Below, piece after piece: positions 26,245 to 39,296 of a stretch of DNA of 64,000 bases. The DNA comes from Octopus sinensis. Taxonomy: Eukaryota. The DNA is taken from NCBI RefSeq assembly GCF_006345805.1, contig NC_043015.1, forward strand, positions 44,826,001 to 44,890,000, read 5' to 3'. The translations under genes were made by a program, and so were the position numbers. The notes beneath the pieces were generated by a model that saw nothing but the letters and a program-made list of their open reading frames with translations, searched no databases and was not told the DNA's origin. Every line of letters starts with the position of its first letter. Position 1 is the stretch's first letter.

Positions 26245-28266
26245 CGTATATAGGTCGTTACATTGACGACATTATCGGTGCCACCTCACTCTCCCGCGAA
26301 CATCTAGATTCCTTCCTCTCTTTCGTCCAATCTTTCCATCCAGCCCTCCACTTCACTTCCACTATCTCCAACACCTCTGTCTCCTTCCTCGACATTTCGG
26401 TTAGCATTCTTCACTCCACTCTTACCACCTCCATTCACTACAAACACACAGACTCACACTCATACCTCAACTTCTCTTCCTCCCACCCAGAACACACCAA
26501 GCTTCCATCCCCTATTCCCAATTCCTCCGTCTACGTAGGCTCTGTAGTGACGACTATGACTTTGAGACTCAGTCTCAACGTATGGCTCACCACTTCACCC
26601 TACGTGGATACCCCCTCACCACTATCCACACCGCCCTTGCCAGAGCACGGTCCGTGGACCGTGTATCTGCTCTCTCTCCCGAACCCGCCCTGTAGTCTCC
26701 CGCCTCCCTTTTCCCCTCACTTACCACCCCACGACCTACGTCTCCAACGCACCATTCTTCGAGCTTTCCGTCATCTCCAGTCCGACCCGTCCACTTCACA
26801 CCTCTTCCCTAACCGACCCCTCCCCTCTTTCAAACGAGCCCACAACCTTCGAGACCTTTTGGTCCATAGCTCCTTCCCTGACCCTACCTCCCAACCCGGC
26901 TCGTTCCCTGCTCCCGCCCACGTTGCCGCACTTGCCCTTACCTCTCCAACACCACCCGCCTCACTAGCACCCACCATCGACCTATCCCATCATCCACTCC
27001 TTCACCTGCACCTCCAGCAATATTATCTATTGCATCTTGCTCTCTCTGCAATTCCTTGTACATCGGACAAACGGGACGCCGCTTGGCTGACCGGTTCGCG
27101 GAACACCTTCGTGACACACCTTGCGAACGACACACCGGTCTCACGCCATTTCCGCTCCACCGGTCACTCCTTGCAACACCTATCTGTGTTCGGTTTGTCC
27201 TTACACAGAGGCCATCCGGATTCCCGTTTGCGCCGTGAACAGGAATAATCTTCTCTCTTCGCTCTTATACGCCATTTGATCTCAAACTCTCCCCCCCTCC
27301 CATATAACACCCCTCTCCCCCCTCCTCATATAACACCCCTCTCCCCCCTCCTCACCTTCCTTCCCCCCGACCCCTACTTCTTCAGTCCTTCATCCTTTCA
27401 CCCCCTACTCCCTTCCCTTCTTCCCTCTTTCTCCCTCCCTCTTCCCCTTCCCTCTGCTCCCTCACTCCCTCTCTCCCCCTCTCCCTCTTTCCTCCTTCAT
27501 CCCCCTCCTCCCCCTCCTCTCCTCTTCCCCCCTCTCCTCCCCCTCTTCTCCCCTCCCCTTCTCTCCTCCCCCTCTTCTCCTCACTACACCACATGACTTT
27601 ACACATCACATCACATATGATGTGCCATACTAATACACACACCAACTAATACATACTAATACGTACTAATACATACTAGTACATACTAATACATACACCA
27701 ACCCTATACATACACACGTCCAGACCCCGCATACGCACTTATACTCTCTCATACACACACACACACTTATACATACCAATACGTACTAATACATACTAAT
27801 ACATACTAATACATACACCAACCCCATACATACGCACGTCCAGACCAATCCTACGCACTAATACTCTCTCATACACACACACACACACACACACCCTTAT
27901 ACATACTAATACATACACCAACCCTATACATACACACATCCAGACCCCTCCTACGCACTATTAGCTGGTCCCTCAACCCTTTTATCAACCCTATTATCTC
28001 CCCTTATTTCGCTCTCGCGTCTCATGTTTGATCTTTGACCTCTGGCCGAAATCAGATCGCCATGTTGATTCGTTAGCTACTGCACGCATTTTTTTCTCTC
28101 CTTCTTTCTGTGTTTTTCTCTCTCTGTGTATCTTTCTGTTGAAGAGCGTAGGCTCGAAACGTTAAAGACTTGTTTTATTTATATTTCCTGAGCGCCATAC
28201 TAATACAATTGTTCGTTTGTTTTCCACCTGCCTTCGTCTTTTGTTTATTTTCATAAAGCTTCCCGT

Positions 28267-28267
<1 letters not shown>
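26245..28267 (+). mobile_element. 5'-truncated Penelope-like retroelement: RT (YIDD) and GIY-YIG endonuclease with frameshifts, repeat-rich 3'UTR and terminal pseudo-LTR
   Basis: RYIDDIIG..SFLDISVS..YKHTDSHSYLNFSSSHP; SNIIYCISC..LYIGQTGRRLADRFAEH; terminus repeated at 17931-18140. Confidence 0.92.
28131..28168 (+). ncRNA. Variant minimal hammerhead-like motif in the PLE terminus (second copy 18006-18042)
   Basis: UCUUU-CUGUUGA-A-GAGC(GUAG)GCUC-GAA-ACGU-U-AAAGA; core A6 replaced by U in both copies. Confidence 0.4.
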
Positions 28268-28298
<31 letters not shown>

Positions 28299-28302
<4 letters not shown>

Positions 28303-28548
28303 AAATATTATTAGAGACAAAACCACTATTTTGCAAAACAAACAAGGAAAGACTTAATCAATACATAAAATTTAATAAATAGTCAAAAAAACCGCCACTA
28401 CAATCGTTCCACCTGAAGATTGTCGATCAAGACAAGAAACGATTGTAGTGGCGGTTTTTTTGACTATTTATTAAAATTTTATGTATTGATTAAGTCTTTC
28501 CTTGTTTGTTTTGCAAAATAGTGGTTTTGTCTCTAATAATATTTTATA
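28299..28548. repeat. 110/111-bp inverted repeat with a 29-nt spacer; PLE-type inverted terminus
   Basis: Arms 28299-28408 and 28438-28548 appear to differ by one indel. Confidence 0.9.
28409..28451 (+). ncRNA. Type I hammerhead ribozyme motif at the fold-back loop
   Basis: CCAC-CUGAAGA-UUGUC(GAUCAA)GACAA-GAA-AC(GAUU)GU-A-GUGG; all three stems pair. Activity untested. Confidence 0.65.
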
Positions 28549-29149
28549 ATATTTTACTATAAAAATCGATTTAATCCTAAATCTGATTTTTCCCTGTAAA
28601 TTTGGATTTATTCCCTAATATTTATTATTTATATGTATATATATATATCTTTCTCCTTCTTCCATTAAAACTTTTCCTTTTCTTCAAAGAAACGTCAGAA
28701 ACTTTCCCCCTACAAAAGTAAACCGGCTTCAGTAATTTTACTTTTATACAAATAGATACATTCCTTTATACACCTGTTATTATCATTGACCTTTCTGGCT
28801 TCATTGATCAATCTCCCTTAGTAATTGACTGTGTCCTATCAAAAAGCTGCTTGTATTATTTACTATCATGCTGCTATCATTCCATTACTACGTCACCTAA
28901 AAGTAATTATCTTGTCTATAGTTTCCACCAATTTTTCAGCAAAAATTGATTTTGATGACTACATTGAAACACAATCTCCTTTCTTCTAATGAGTCAGCAA
29001 AAGCATTTTCACAATGTCTTCCAATAAAACAATATTCAATCAAGCTTGTGCCATTCAATAAATATCAGAACATATGACTCAAACTTCTTGAAACCAAAAA
29101 CAGACAGCTGACCTTTTGTTACCATGGTCAATGTATCACACACATCTAA

Positions 29150-29199
<50 letters not shown>

Positions 29200-29200
<1 letters not shown>

Positions 29201-30008
29201 CCTTTCTGCTGTAGGTACAAGGCCTGGAATTTGGAGGGAGAGAAGACAAATCAATTACATCAACCCTAATACACAACTGGTACTTTTTTTTTATTGACTT
29301 TGAAAGGATGAAAGTCGAAGTTGGCCTCTACAGAATTTGAACTCAGAATGTAAAGCTGGAAGGAATACTGCTAAGCATTTTGTTCAGTATGCTAACGATT
29401 TTGCCAGCTTGCTACTTTGATAAGGATCCTTTCTACTCTAGGTTCAAGGCTGAAATTTATGGAGAGGAGGAAAGTCAATTTCATACTACACCTATAGATA
29501 ATATCAGTTAACCAAAGATTTTCAGTTCACTCTAATACACAGGTGAGACACCCACCTACTGTATTTATATCTAGTATACAAATAGCTAATTCTTCTCAGG
29601 TATTTTTTTACTCGGTCACATTGTTGATGTACATCTAAGACAAACACTTTCCTTAACATAAGCTTCCATTTATGAAAAGTCTCACATCTTGCTTGTAAAA
29701 CTAAGATTGTTTAGTGGATAAGGTATCAGACTGTCAAATCTTGAGTCTTAGGTTCAAATCTAATTTAAGCATTTCATTATATTTCTGGGTTAAGGCAGCA
29801 AGCTGGCAGAAATGTTAGCAAGCTGGGCGAAATGCTTAGCGGTATTTCGTCTGTCTTTACATTCTGAGTTCATATTCTGCTGAGGTCGACTTTGCCTTTC
29901 ATCCCTTTGGGGTCATTAAATTAAGTACCAGTTGCATACTGGGGTCGATCTAATTGACTGGCCCCCTCTCCAAAAATTTCGGGCCTTGTGCCTAGAGTAG
30001 AAAAGATT
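29200..30008. mobile_element. Two divergent-orientation SINE family A monomers (29200-29415 -, 29803-30008 +)
   Basis: Family A head, core and tail type 1. Confidence 0.75.
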
Positions 30009-30154
30009 ATGTTTTTAGGTTGGCTCCATACTGCCTCACTTCAGATGATTGCCTAATACTGTATCATTTGGAAATATTTCCCATGATAGACTGGCATCTC
30101 TTCCATAAAAAGAATGACTCTGCAAGCCATGAAATAATAGCTAAGTAACCAAGA

Positions 30155-30420
30155 CCTCTGAGATATGCTGTGACTGTGAAGACCCGACAAATGAAGTGAG
30201 TTCATGGCTCGCAGGATGACCTGCTGTGCTAACCTTGGATCGTAGAGTGACCCGCTATTCTTGAGAAGACCTTATTGAGTCAAGTACGTCAACACCAACA
30301 TCAAAATAAAAATCAAATGGAAATTGTAGTTAAGACACCTGTGCCGGTGACATGTAAAAAGCATCGCCCACACGTGGCAGATGCCAGCGCCGCCTGACTG
30401 GCGTCCATGTCAGTGACACA
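30155..30420 (+). mobile_element. RTE LINE 3' fragment (ORF end plus 3'UTR); sister fragment at 31250-31555
   Basis: gagatatgctgtgactgtgaagacccgacaaatgaagtga matches the ORF end (WRYAV..KTRQMK*) of the 56130-57510 element. Confidence 0.75.
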
Positions 30421-30547
30421 TTCAACATATTCTCCTTTCTGATTCACATTATTGGTTTTCTAACTCTGTAAAAGAACTCAGAAGGATGGGTGCAAACCAA
30501 GCCTTTTACAATACTCCTTAAGCCAGGAACTTCCCAGCAACCCCTCA

Positions 30548-30631
<84 letters not shown>

Positions 30632-30648
30632 ATATAATATATATATAT

Positions 30649-30680
<32 letters not shown>

Positions 30681-30699
30681 CATCTATATATATATATAA

Positions 30700-31006
30700 T
30701 CACCGTGATCATCATGACCGACCAGGCTATCAAGATGTTGATACACATCGCTGGTCACAATGCACTTCACATTGTTTTAGCCTTCAAATGACGCCACCCC
30801 GCTGCGGCTGAAGCAGGAGAGGCCAGAACTGAGGAGAGAGTAGTGGTGAAAGAGTACAGCAGGGATCACCACCCCCTGCCGGAGCCTCGTGGGGCTTTTT
30901 AGGTGTTTTCGCTCAATAAACACTCACAACGCCCGGTCTGGGAATCAAAAACCGTGATCCTGCGACCGCGAGTCCGCTGCCCTAACCACTAGGCATTTGT
31001 GCCTCC

Positions 31007-31008
<2 letters not shown>
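30700..31008 (-). mobile_element. SINE family E head with a different 3' tail
   Basis: First ~175 nt match the head of 15655-16047, then diverge. Confidence 0.65.
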
Positions 31009-31056
<48 letters not shown>

Positions 31057-31074
31057 TATATATGTGTGTGTGTA

Positions 31075-31240
31075 TACCCTATTTTAACGTGTATAAGGAA
31101 CCCCCTAATTTTGGGGGTTTAAAATTTGGAAAAAAGGTTTTGTAAAGGATTATAATACTATCCCTGTATAAGAAACTCCCATATTTTTTCAACCTAATTT
31201 TTGACTAAAAAGGGTTCCTTATACACATTAAAATACTGTA
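31075..31240. mobile_element. Tc1/mariner-superfamily (pogo/Tc2-like) MITE
   Basis: 29-bp TIR TACCCTATTTTAACGTGTATAAGGAACCC vs GGGTTCCTTATACACATTAAAATACTGTA (3 mismatches), TA context. Confidence 0.7.
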
Positions 31241-31579
31241 TGATGAAAGACTGAGACTTCAGGAGATATGCTGTGACTGTGAAGACCCGACAAATGAAGT
31301 GAGTTCATGACTCGTAGGTCGGCCTGCTGTGCTTACGTTGGATCGTAGGGTGACCTGCTGTGCTTGAGGAGACCTATTGAGTCAAGTATGTCAACATCAA
31401 CATCAAAATAAAAACCAAATGGAAATTGTAGTTATGATACCCGTGCTGGTGGCACATAAAAAGCACCATCCGAACGTGGAAGATGCCAGCGCCACCTTGA
31501 CTGGTGTCTATGCTGGTGGCACATACAAAGCACCCACTACACTAGATATAAGCACTGAACACCACTTGAATAGAACAAA

Positions 31580-32085
31580 GTAATGTTTAATGATGAAACG
31601 TTGTCAATACTGTAGTTATCAACTTCAAGCAAGAATAGCAAAAGAAGACCGCCTGAATGAAAAGTATACATCAAAAACTTTTCATTCTGTACCTACAGTT
31701 ATGATTTGTGGGGTAGCTATTTCAGCCCAGGGTAAATGTGGATTGCATTTTGTGCCTAGACAAGCAACATTAAAAGCAAACGATTTTCTAAACTTCTTAA
31801 AGGAAAAAAAGTGCCAAGAAATTGCTTGGTCATGCAACAATATGGTGCTCCAATCCACTCAGCTATGATGGTTTAAAGAATGATTTGAAGAGCAACAGTT
31901 TTACCCCTTACAGGGATGGCCAGGAAATTCTCTCAATTTAAACTGCATTGAAAATTGGAGCCTCCTTGAAATATAGCTTCATCAAAAGCAGTCATCAAAT
32001 TACCAAGAAATGGTGAATGAGTTAAAGAAAATATGGGTGACCAAAATAACATCAGAATATTGCCAGAAGCACATGGAATCCATAC
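31580..32085 (+). pseudogene. Decayed Tc1-like (DD34E) transposase catalytic fragment
   Basis: FNDE; VMICGVAISAQGKCGLHFV; QQYGAPIH; WPGNSLNLNCIENW; frameshifted. Confidence 0.75.
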
Positions 32086-32105
32086 ACACACACACACACA
32101 CATAT

Positions 32106-32312
32106 ACTCTTTTACTCTTTTACTTGTTTCAGTCATTTGACTGTGGCCATGCTGGAGCACCACCTTTAGTCGAGCAAATCAACCCCAGGACTTATTCTTT
32201 GTAAGCCAAGTACTTATTCTATCGGTGTCTTTTGCCGAACCACCAAGTTATGGGAACGTAAACACACCAGCACTGGTTGTCAAGCGATGTTGGGGTGACA
32301 AACACAGACACA

Positions 32313-32350
<38 letters not shown>

Positions 32351-32523
32351 CATATATACGATAGGCTTCTTTCAGTTTCCGTCTACCAAATCCACTCACA
32401 AGGCTTTGGTTAGCCCGAGGCTATAGTAGAAGACACTTGCCCAAGGTTCCACGCAGTGGGACTGAACCCAGAACCATGTGGTTGGTAAGCAAGCTCCTTA
32501 CCACACAGCCACACCTGCGCCTC
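32106..32523 (-). mobile_element. SINE family B, full length
   Basis: Matches 6843-7274. Confidence 0.88.
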
Positions 32524-32999
32524 CTGTGTGTGTGTGTGTATGCGTGTGTTTATATATATACATTTATATATAAACACACACACACACACATACATAAACA
32601 CACATATTTGAATGGTGACAGAAATCAATTATTGGTGTTTTGATCCCTCATTAAATGTATTCAAAATACCAATTATTGGTTTCTGTTATTTTTCAAATAC
32701 TTTGGGACTCGTGTTTCTGACTACACACCCACCTTCCTCGGCATGAATAATATAATTACAATACACCACGTGCCACATGGATATGGCAACAGAATATTGA
32801 TCTAAGTATTGGCTCTTGAATATCAGGTGAAGTAGATTGCATTAAGCAAACTGCAAGACAGACAGACAGGCAGACTCACTCGCTCACAGGTGCACAAACA
32901 GACAGGTGGGTAGGCAGAGAGACAGTTGAATAGATAGGCAGAAGGATGAAAGGTGGATGGGTGGATGTAGAGAAAAAGAGAGAGAGAGAGAGAGAGAGA

Positions 33000-33037
33000 G
33001 AGGTAGATAGATGGATGGATGGATGGATGGATGAATG

Positions 33038-33103
<66 letters not shown>

Positions 33104-33183
33104 GATATAGATAGATAGATAGATAGTATAGATAGATAGATAATAGATAGATAGATAGATAGATGAGATATAGATAGATAGAT

Positions 33184-33236
<53 letters not shown>

Positions 33237-33239
33237 GAT

Positions 33240-33272
<33 letters not shown>

Positions 33273-33600
33273 GATATAGATAGATAGATAGATAGAGATA
33301 TAGATAGATATGTTTCTTTATTAGCCACACAGATGGGACAAATTACAAAGTTGAGCTTTTCTTTTTGGAGTGAAAAAAAAAGTGGGGTAGGTTTTTGATC
33401 AAAAGGGATTGTAAAAAAAGAAAGGAAAAATTTTTTTTATTTTTAAATAAAAAACGATCAATAGGGATCGTGTATCATGGAAATGTCATGATGTAAAGTG
33501 TAAAGGGGAAACAGATAAGGTTTATCTGTGGAAAGAAAAGCTTACGGAAAAGACCACGGTAACCTCGGTCAATAATGTCACATGTTAACACATTTATTTG
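33000..33600 (-). repeat. (GATA)n tract (about 33000-33310), possibly the tail of an unclassified retroposon 3' end (33310-33600)
   Basis: Minus strand reads AATAAAGAAACAT followed by (ATCT)n; the retroposon call is inference. Confidence 0.45.
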
Positions 33601-34128
33601 CAAGTAAGTAACTTTTTGGGTACATAGTAAGGGTATCCTGGTGCAATACAGATTTTTTTTTAAAAATACGATTTAAGGTTTTAGAAAATCAGTGCAGATA
33701 TTTGAGCTTCTTGTTGTCCATAAATATGATTAATAAAACAAGGTAAACAATAGTTTTTTTTTAAATTATTTTTTTCTAAATTTTTATACTTTAAATCTCT
33801 TTTTTTTTACTTTCCGCATGAAGTGCACTAGCAATATTTTATTTGGTCTCCATTATAACACAAAATCAGAGTGATCAAGATTGCAAACCACAGCAGCAGG
33901 ATGGAACTTGAATGAAATTTGACTGCTATTTCCAGCAGGTCGAACAATCACATAGAGGTTCTTAGATTTGGCTCCTGAGAAAGATTTTATGACAAAGTTG
34001 CATATTATGTCAATGGAAATTACCAGGTTACAGGTTTTGATCTGTGTTAGAATATAAAATGAAAATGAACACCCTTCCAAGCCCTCATCATCATTTTCAA
34101 TGTTCTTTGAACTTTTTTTCCCATATAT

Positions 34129-34740
34129 CATCATCATCATCATCATCATCATCATCGTTTAACATCCGCTTTCCATGCTAGCATGGGTTGGACGATTTTG
34201 ACTGAGGGCTGGCGAACCAGATGGCTGCTCCAGGCACCAATCTTGATTTGGCAGAGTTTCTACAGCTGGATGCCCTTCCTAACGCCAACCACTCCAAGAG
34301 TGTAGTGGGTGCTTTTTACGTGCCACCGGCACGGGGGCCAGTCAGGCAGTACTGGCAATGACCTCGCTCGAATCTTTTTATACATGCTACCAGCACAGGT
34401 GCCAGTGAAGCGACGTTGGTAACGATTACGCTCAAATGGTGCCCTTTTACGTGCCACTGGCACGGAAAACAGTTGGCTGCTCTGGCAACGATCACACTCG
34501 GATGGTGCTCTTGGCACCCTACTAGCATGGGCACAAGTGCCAGTAAGGTGATGCCGGTAATGATCACGCTCGAATGGTGCCTTTTAAGTGCCACTGGCAT
34601 GGAAGCCGGTTAGCCACTCTGTCAATGATCACGCACGTATGGTGCTCTTTGCACCCTGCTAGCACGGACGCCAGTCATCAAATTTGATTTTGATTTTGAT
34701 TTTGATTGATTTCACTTGCCTCAACAGGTCTTCGCAAGCA
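34129..34740 (-). mobile_element. RTE LINE 3'UTR fragment with several internal tandem units and a (GAT)n tail
   Basis: Same tail as 56130-57510 (catgctagcatggaaagcggatgttaaacgatgatg). Confidence 0.85.
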
Positions 34741-34773
34741 GAGTTAATAATAATAATAATAGTGAACTTGTTG

Positions 34774-35184
34774 TGAGTGGCTGTGTAGTAAGTAGCTTGC
34801 TTACCAACCATATGGTTCTGGGTTCAGTCCCACTGCGTGGCATCTTGGGCAAGTGTCTTCTGCTATAGCCCTGGGCCGACCAGTGCCTTGTGAGTGGATA
34901 TGGTAGACGGAAACTGAAAGAAGCCTGTCGTATATATGTATATATATATATATATGTGTGTGTGTGTCTGTGTTTGTGTGTCTGTGTTTGTCCCCCTAGC
35001 ATTGCTTGACAACCGATGCTGGTGTGTTTACGTCCCCGTCACTTAGCGGTTCGGCAAAAGAGACCGATGGAATAAGTACTGGGCTTACAATGAATAAGTC
35101 CCGGGGTCGATTTGCTCGACTAAAGGCGGTGCTCCAGCATGACCGCAGTCAAATGACTGAAACAAGTAAAACAGTAAAAAGAGA
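34774..35184 (+). mobile_element. SINE family B, full length
   Basis: Family B head, microsatellite and tail. Confidence 0.88.
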
Positions 35185-35294
35185 GTGTTCAGGAGCACTA
35201 GAACTCACCTGAAAAAGTAGCCAAAACTGCCTGAACAGTACAGAGAAAATGCACAGAAATTCAACAGTTAATAAGTCTTTAAAAAGAAAAAGAG

Positions 35295-35555
35295 CGATGG
35301 TGGGGCATCAGGTGAACATTGGTGAATTACAGGAAGCACAGTTTTGAAGGATGTGATGTCCCAACAGCAAACTACTGATGCAGGTAGTTAATTCCATGCT
35401 TCAGCAATTATGAGCATGAAAAAATGTGTTTGAAAAGTCATGTGTGTTGTGTTGTTTTTTTTTTATTTTGTAAGCATGTCCACGAGTGTTAGACTCATGG
35501 AATTCAAAAAAATCCTACGTTGTTGTTGGAAAGATGGTTAGAATATCTACCCAGT
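35295..35555 (-). mobile_element. Decayed CR1-clade LINE 3' end
   Basis: Minus strand TRGHAYK..HFF..IAEAWN.LPASVV; homologous to 48445-48810. Confidence 0.7.
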
Positions 35556-36186
35556 ATCCTTGGATAAAACTATGTTTAATATTGAATCTCGTTACCATAA
35601 TTAGGTGATCCATATAAAGATTTTTACATGTAGAAAAACCTCTTTGGTTTTTCATGTAAAGTACAATGTAAGCAACCCACCACAGCTTCAAAGTGTAGAA
35701 ACAGAGCTAGAATCTGATTTTCACATTAAATGTGAAAAAACCAACAAAGCTAAAGAATTGCTTAAATTTAGACAATTTTCACTTTCCAATGAGACATATT
35801 TATCCTGAATGCCTTCAACAGAGCACACTTTAAAATTACAAAATTACTTAGTTTTGTTATAATGTGTGTGAATGTGTCAAAGTGTGTGATGCTAATGTGC
35901 AAAGTCCATTACTATATGATTGTAAAACAGAGCACTTGAATGCAAAGAATTTTTGAAAACTAGAAAGAAATGAAGAGAGCACATTAAAAAAAAGTTGTCT
36001 ACTTCATTCATAGTTCAGGTATTCCAAATTACATAGTGTTCTGTATAAATACTGGTTACTTAATTTACTACATGCCTGACTAATGCCTTATATGCAAACC
36101 AGAACAGCTGTTAACGTTACATTGTATTCTAATAAGCTATTGTTCACTCACTTTTTCTATATGTATATATATATATATAATATATA

Positions 36187-36224
<38 letters not shown>

Positions 36225-36229
<5 letters not shown>

Positions 36230-36540
36230 TCATCATCATCATCATCGTTTAATGTCCATTTTCCGCGCTAGCACGGTTGGACGGTTTCGACCGGGGTCTG
36301 GGGAGCCAGGGGCTGCCCCAGGCTCCAGTCTGGTCTGGCAGTGTGTTTCTACAGCTGGATGCTCTTCCTAACGCCAACCACTCCGCGAGTGTAGTGGGGC
36401 TTTTTACGTGCCACCTGCACAGGTGCCAGAGGGGTCTGGCATCGGCCACGGTCAGTTGGTGCTTTTTATGTGCCACCTGCAAGAAGCCAGTCGGGGCGGT
36501 GCTGGCATCGGCCACGTTCGGATGGTGCTTTTTATGTGGG
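36225..36540 (-). mobile_element. RTE 3'UTR/tail fragment (further copies at 41030-41225 +, 41585-41835 -, 43595-43745 -, 46821-46950 -, 53700-53880 +, 54395-54600 +, 58195-58510 -, 62185-62455 -)
   Basis: Shared gttggcgttaggaagggcatccagctg motif and (GAT)n tail. Confidence 0.85.
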
Positions 36541-36814
36541 GGGAGGGTGCAGAATATAGGGGAGCACCAGTGGGGATATATATATATATATACAGTTACA
36601 AAGTTTTTTGGATAGCTAAAGAATAGTGGTACATCTTCCCTGAAAGGAATCATTATCCCAAAACAGATCTGTAAGAAGATTCCCAATTATTTCTCTATTT
36701 ACTACAGATATTGAGAGAAAGTTTTCACATCACTTTAATCTCTACAGCTAAAAAGCTTTCAAACATATAACTGTAGAGTTATCTACATTATACATGCTTC
36801 AGGAATTAATAATG

Positions 36815-38130
36815 CTGTGTTCTATACTGATGCCATCCTTCTAGTGAGACAACTGCAGGAGAAGTATCTAACCAGGAATAAGCTCCTATGCCTGGCTTTT
36901 GTTGATCTAGAGAAAGCCTCCAATAAGATTCCTCACTCTATGACCTGGTGGTCATTGAGAAAAGTTGGAGGGATGGAACAGCTTGTGAGAGCTGTGTAAG
37001 CCATGCACAGGGCTGCAGCTAACAGCATAAAGGTTACTAATAAATATAGAAATGAATTTAGTATGAAAGTGGGAGTACACGAGAGTTCAGTCCTCCTTCT
37101 CCTCCTGTACAGGAAATTAAGGCCATTTCCCTGTAGTGATTTCTTTATGCTGATGAAATAGCTCTTGTGGTTGAACCTGTCATAGAATTAGAAGAGAAAT
37201 TCTAGATTTGGAGACAGTGCTGAAACTAGAAAAATCTTGAAGTGGATTTAGCAAAGACTAAGATATTAGTAAGCGTTTGTGAGAGATGCAGCATTGAGGA
37301 TGAATGAAGCCAGCTCAACCCACCCCGGGTGAATGCTGTCAAGTCAAGTCAAGCAGAAGAGGGCCCTGCTAACTTTAGGGAAATGGTGTTGCTTGGTACG
37401 TAGAAATAGAATAAGAAATTTTAGATGATGTTTTCGGTGTAAACTGTAGATGCACAAGAGGTATACAGGAATCACAGGCAGACTAAGAGACAAGGTCAAG
37501 TTCACATGTAGCAAGATCACAGAAGCATTAAGTATTAAGAGTGATTGCAATATCAACTCCATCCAATGTCCAGGAAGTTCTGCAGAAGAAGTTGGAAACC
37601 TAATTAATAGAGAGGTCAGGTGTTCTGAAAGCATAGCAGCCAAAATAAGAGCTTGTTGAAGAAAACTCAGGGAGTTATTCCCTCGGAGTGGAAGGGCAGA
37701 TTGTTTGATACTTGCATGCAAAGTGCAGTGTTACATAGAAGTGAGACATGGGCTTTGAATGCAGAAAAATCTACGAAGGCAAGAAAGGGGTGAATCGAGC
37801 ATGCTCCACTGGATGTTTAACGATAATGTGTATAAACGACAAAGTACAAACGAGCTGAGAGAAACACTGAACGTGGAAGGAATCAGGTGTGGCACGCAAG
37901 AAAGAAGACTGCAATGCAGTAGGGGCAGTTGTGATAAAGATGTGTTGTACAACTTGAAGTGAAATGAAACCCCCTAGAAGAGGGAGAGCAAGGAATGCTT
38001 GGGATGAAGCAGCGAAGACAAATCTGATGATGTTACACCTCACAAAGGAAACAATAGACACGGTTGACTAGCAGTATGCTGTGTGGCAGGAGACACACTT
38101 GTCCATTCAACATGGCGAAACAGAATAAAA
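36815..38130 (+). mobile_element. Decayed RTE-clade LINE, RT domain to 3' end
   Basis: TDAILLVRQLQEKY..LAFVDLEKA; YADE; SETWALNAE..RRQERGESSMLHWM; multiple stops and frameshifts. Confidence 0.85.
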
Positions 38131-38134
38131 TTGT

Positions 38135-38200
38135 TATATATATATAATATATACATACATATATATATATAATATATATATTATATACATATATATATAC

Positions 38201-38283
<83 letters not shown>

Positions 38284-38312
38284 ATACATATATATATATA
38301 ACATATATATAC

Positions 38313-38361
<49 letters not shown>

Positions 38362-38640
38362 ATATATATATATAACATATATATATACATATATATATAC
38401 ATATATATATATACATATATACATATATATATATATAACATATATATATATATATTATACATATATATACATATATATATATACATATATATACATATAC
38501 ATATATATATATACATATACATATATATACATAATATATACAATATATATATATACATATATATATACATATATATATTATATATATCTATATATATTAT
38601 ATATATATATATATATATAGATATATATACATAGAGAGAG
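38135..38640. repeat. (TA)n/(TACA)n microsatellite block
   Basis: Read directly. Confidence 0.95.
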
Positions 38641-39077
38641 AGAGAGGACAATAACACTTGACACATGCATGTATGTATGTGTGTTGTGTACATATGTATG
38701 CATGCACACATGTCTGCCTACTGTCTAGTTTACATCATTGATCTCTTTGATATCCTTTTATCTCTCTGACACCCCATATCACTCACCCTCGCTATCTCTT
38801 GTCCCTTACGTCACACACTTCCATCACCCTGCTGCCCAGAACCCCAGTTACCTATATATTTCTTCTCGCATTCGCCTTGTCTCTCTCTTGCTTTCGCCCC
38901 TCCTACCCCCATGCCTCTATTACTCATCCCTCACTCACTCCCTGGTTTAATCACCCACAGTGTATTATGCTGTTTGTATGACTAACAACGACGGTGACTC
39001 TCTCTCCTCTTTTCCATGCGATACACTCCGTCTCTCTTTCTCTTTGTTGCTCATCTCTTGTTCACCTTACTTTACAA

Positions 39078-39296
39078 CAGTGGTTTTCAACCAGGGTTCC
39101 GCGGAACCTTAGGGTTCCGCCAGTACAGTTTAGGGGTTCCACAAGAAGTTACAAAACTGCTAAAATCGGCAGTAATTTTTAAGTCTCCTATGCAGATATG
39201 TATGCATAAGACTATCAAATTATTGCACAGGGGTTCCTCGAGCCAGTGGAAGGTTTCCTTGGGGTTCCGCTCCAGCAAAAAGGTTGAAAAGCACTG
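39078..39296. mobile_element. hAT (Charlie-like) MITE, copy 2
   Basis: Same TIRs as copy 1; exact 8-bp TSD CTTTACAA at 39070-39077 and 39297-39304. Confidence 0.92.

Noticed and set aside
29730-29765. tRNA gene
   Set aside because: No acceptor-stem pairing; a degenerate SINE head. No intact tRNA cloverleaf was found in the window
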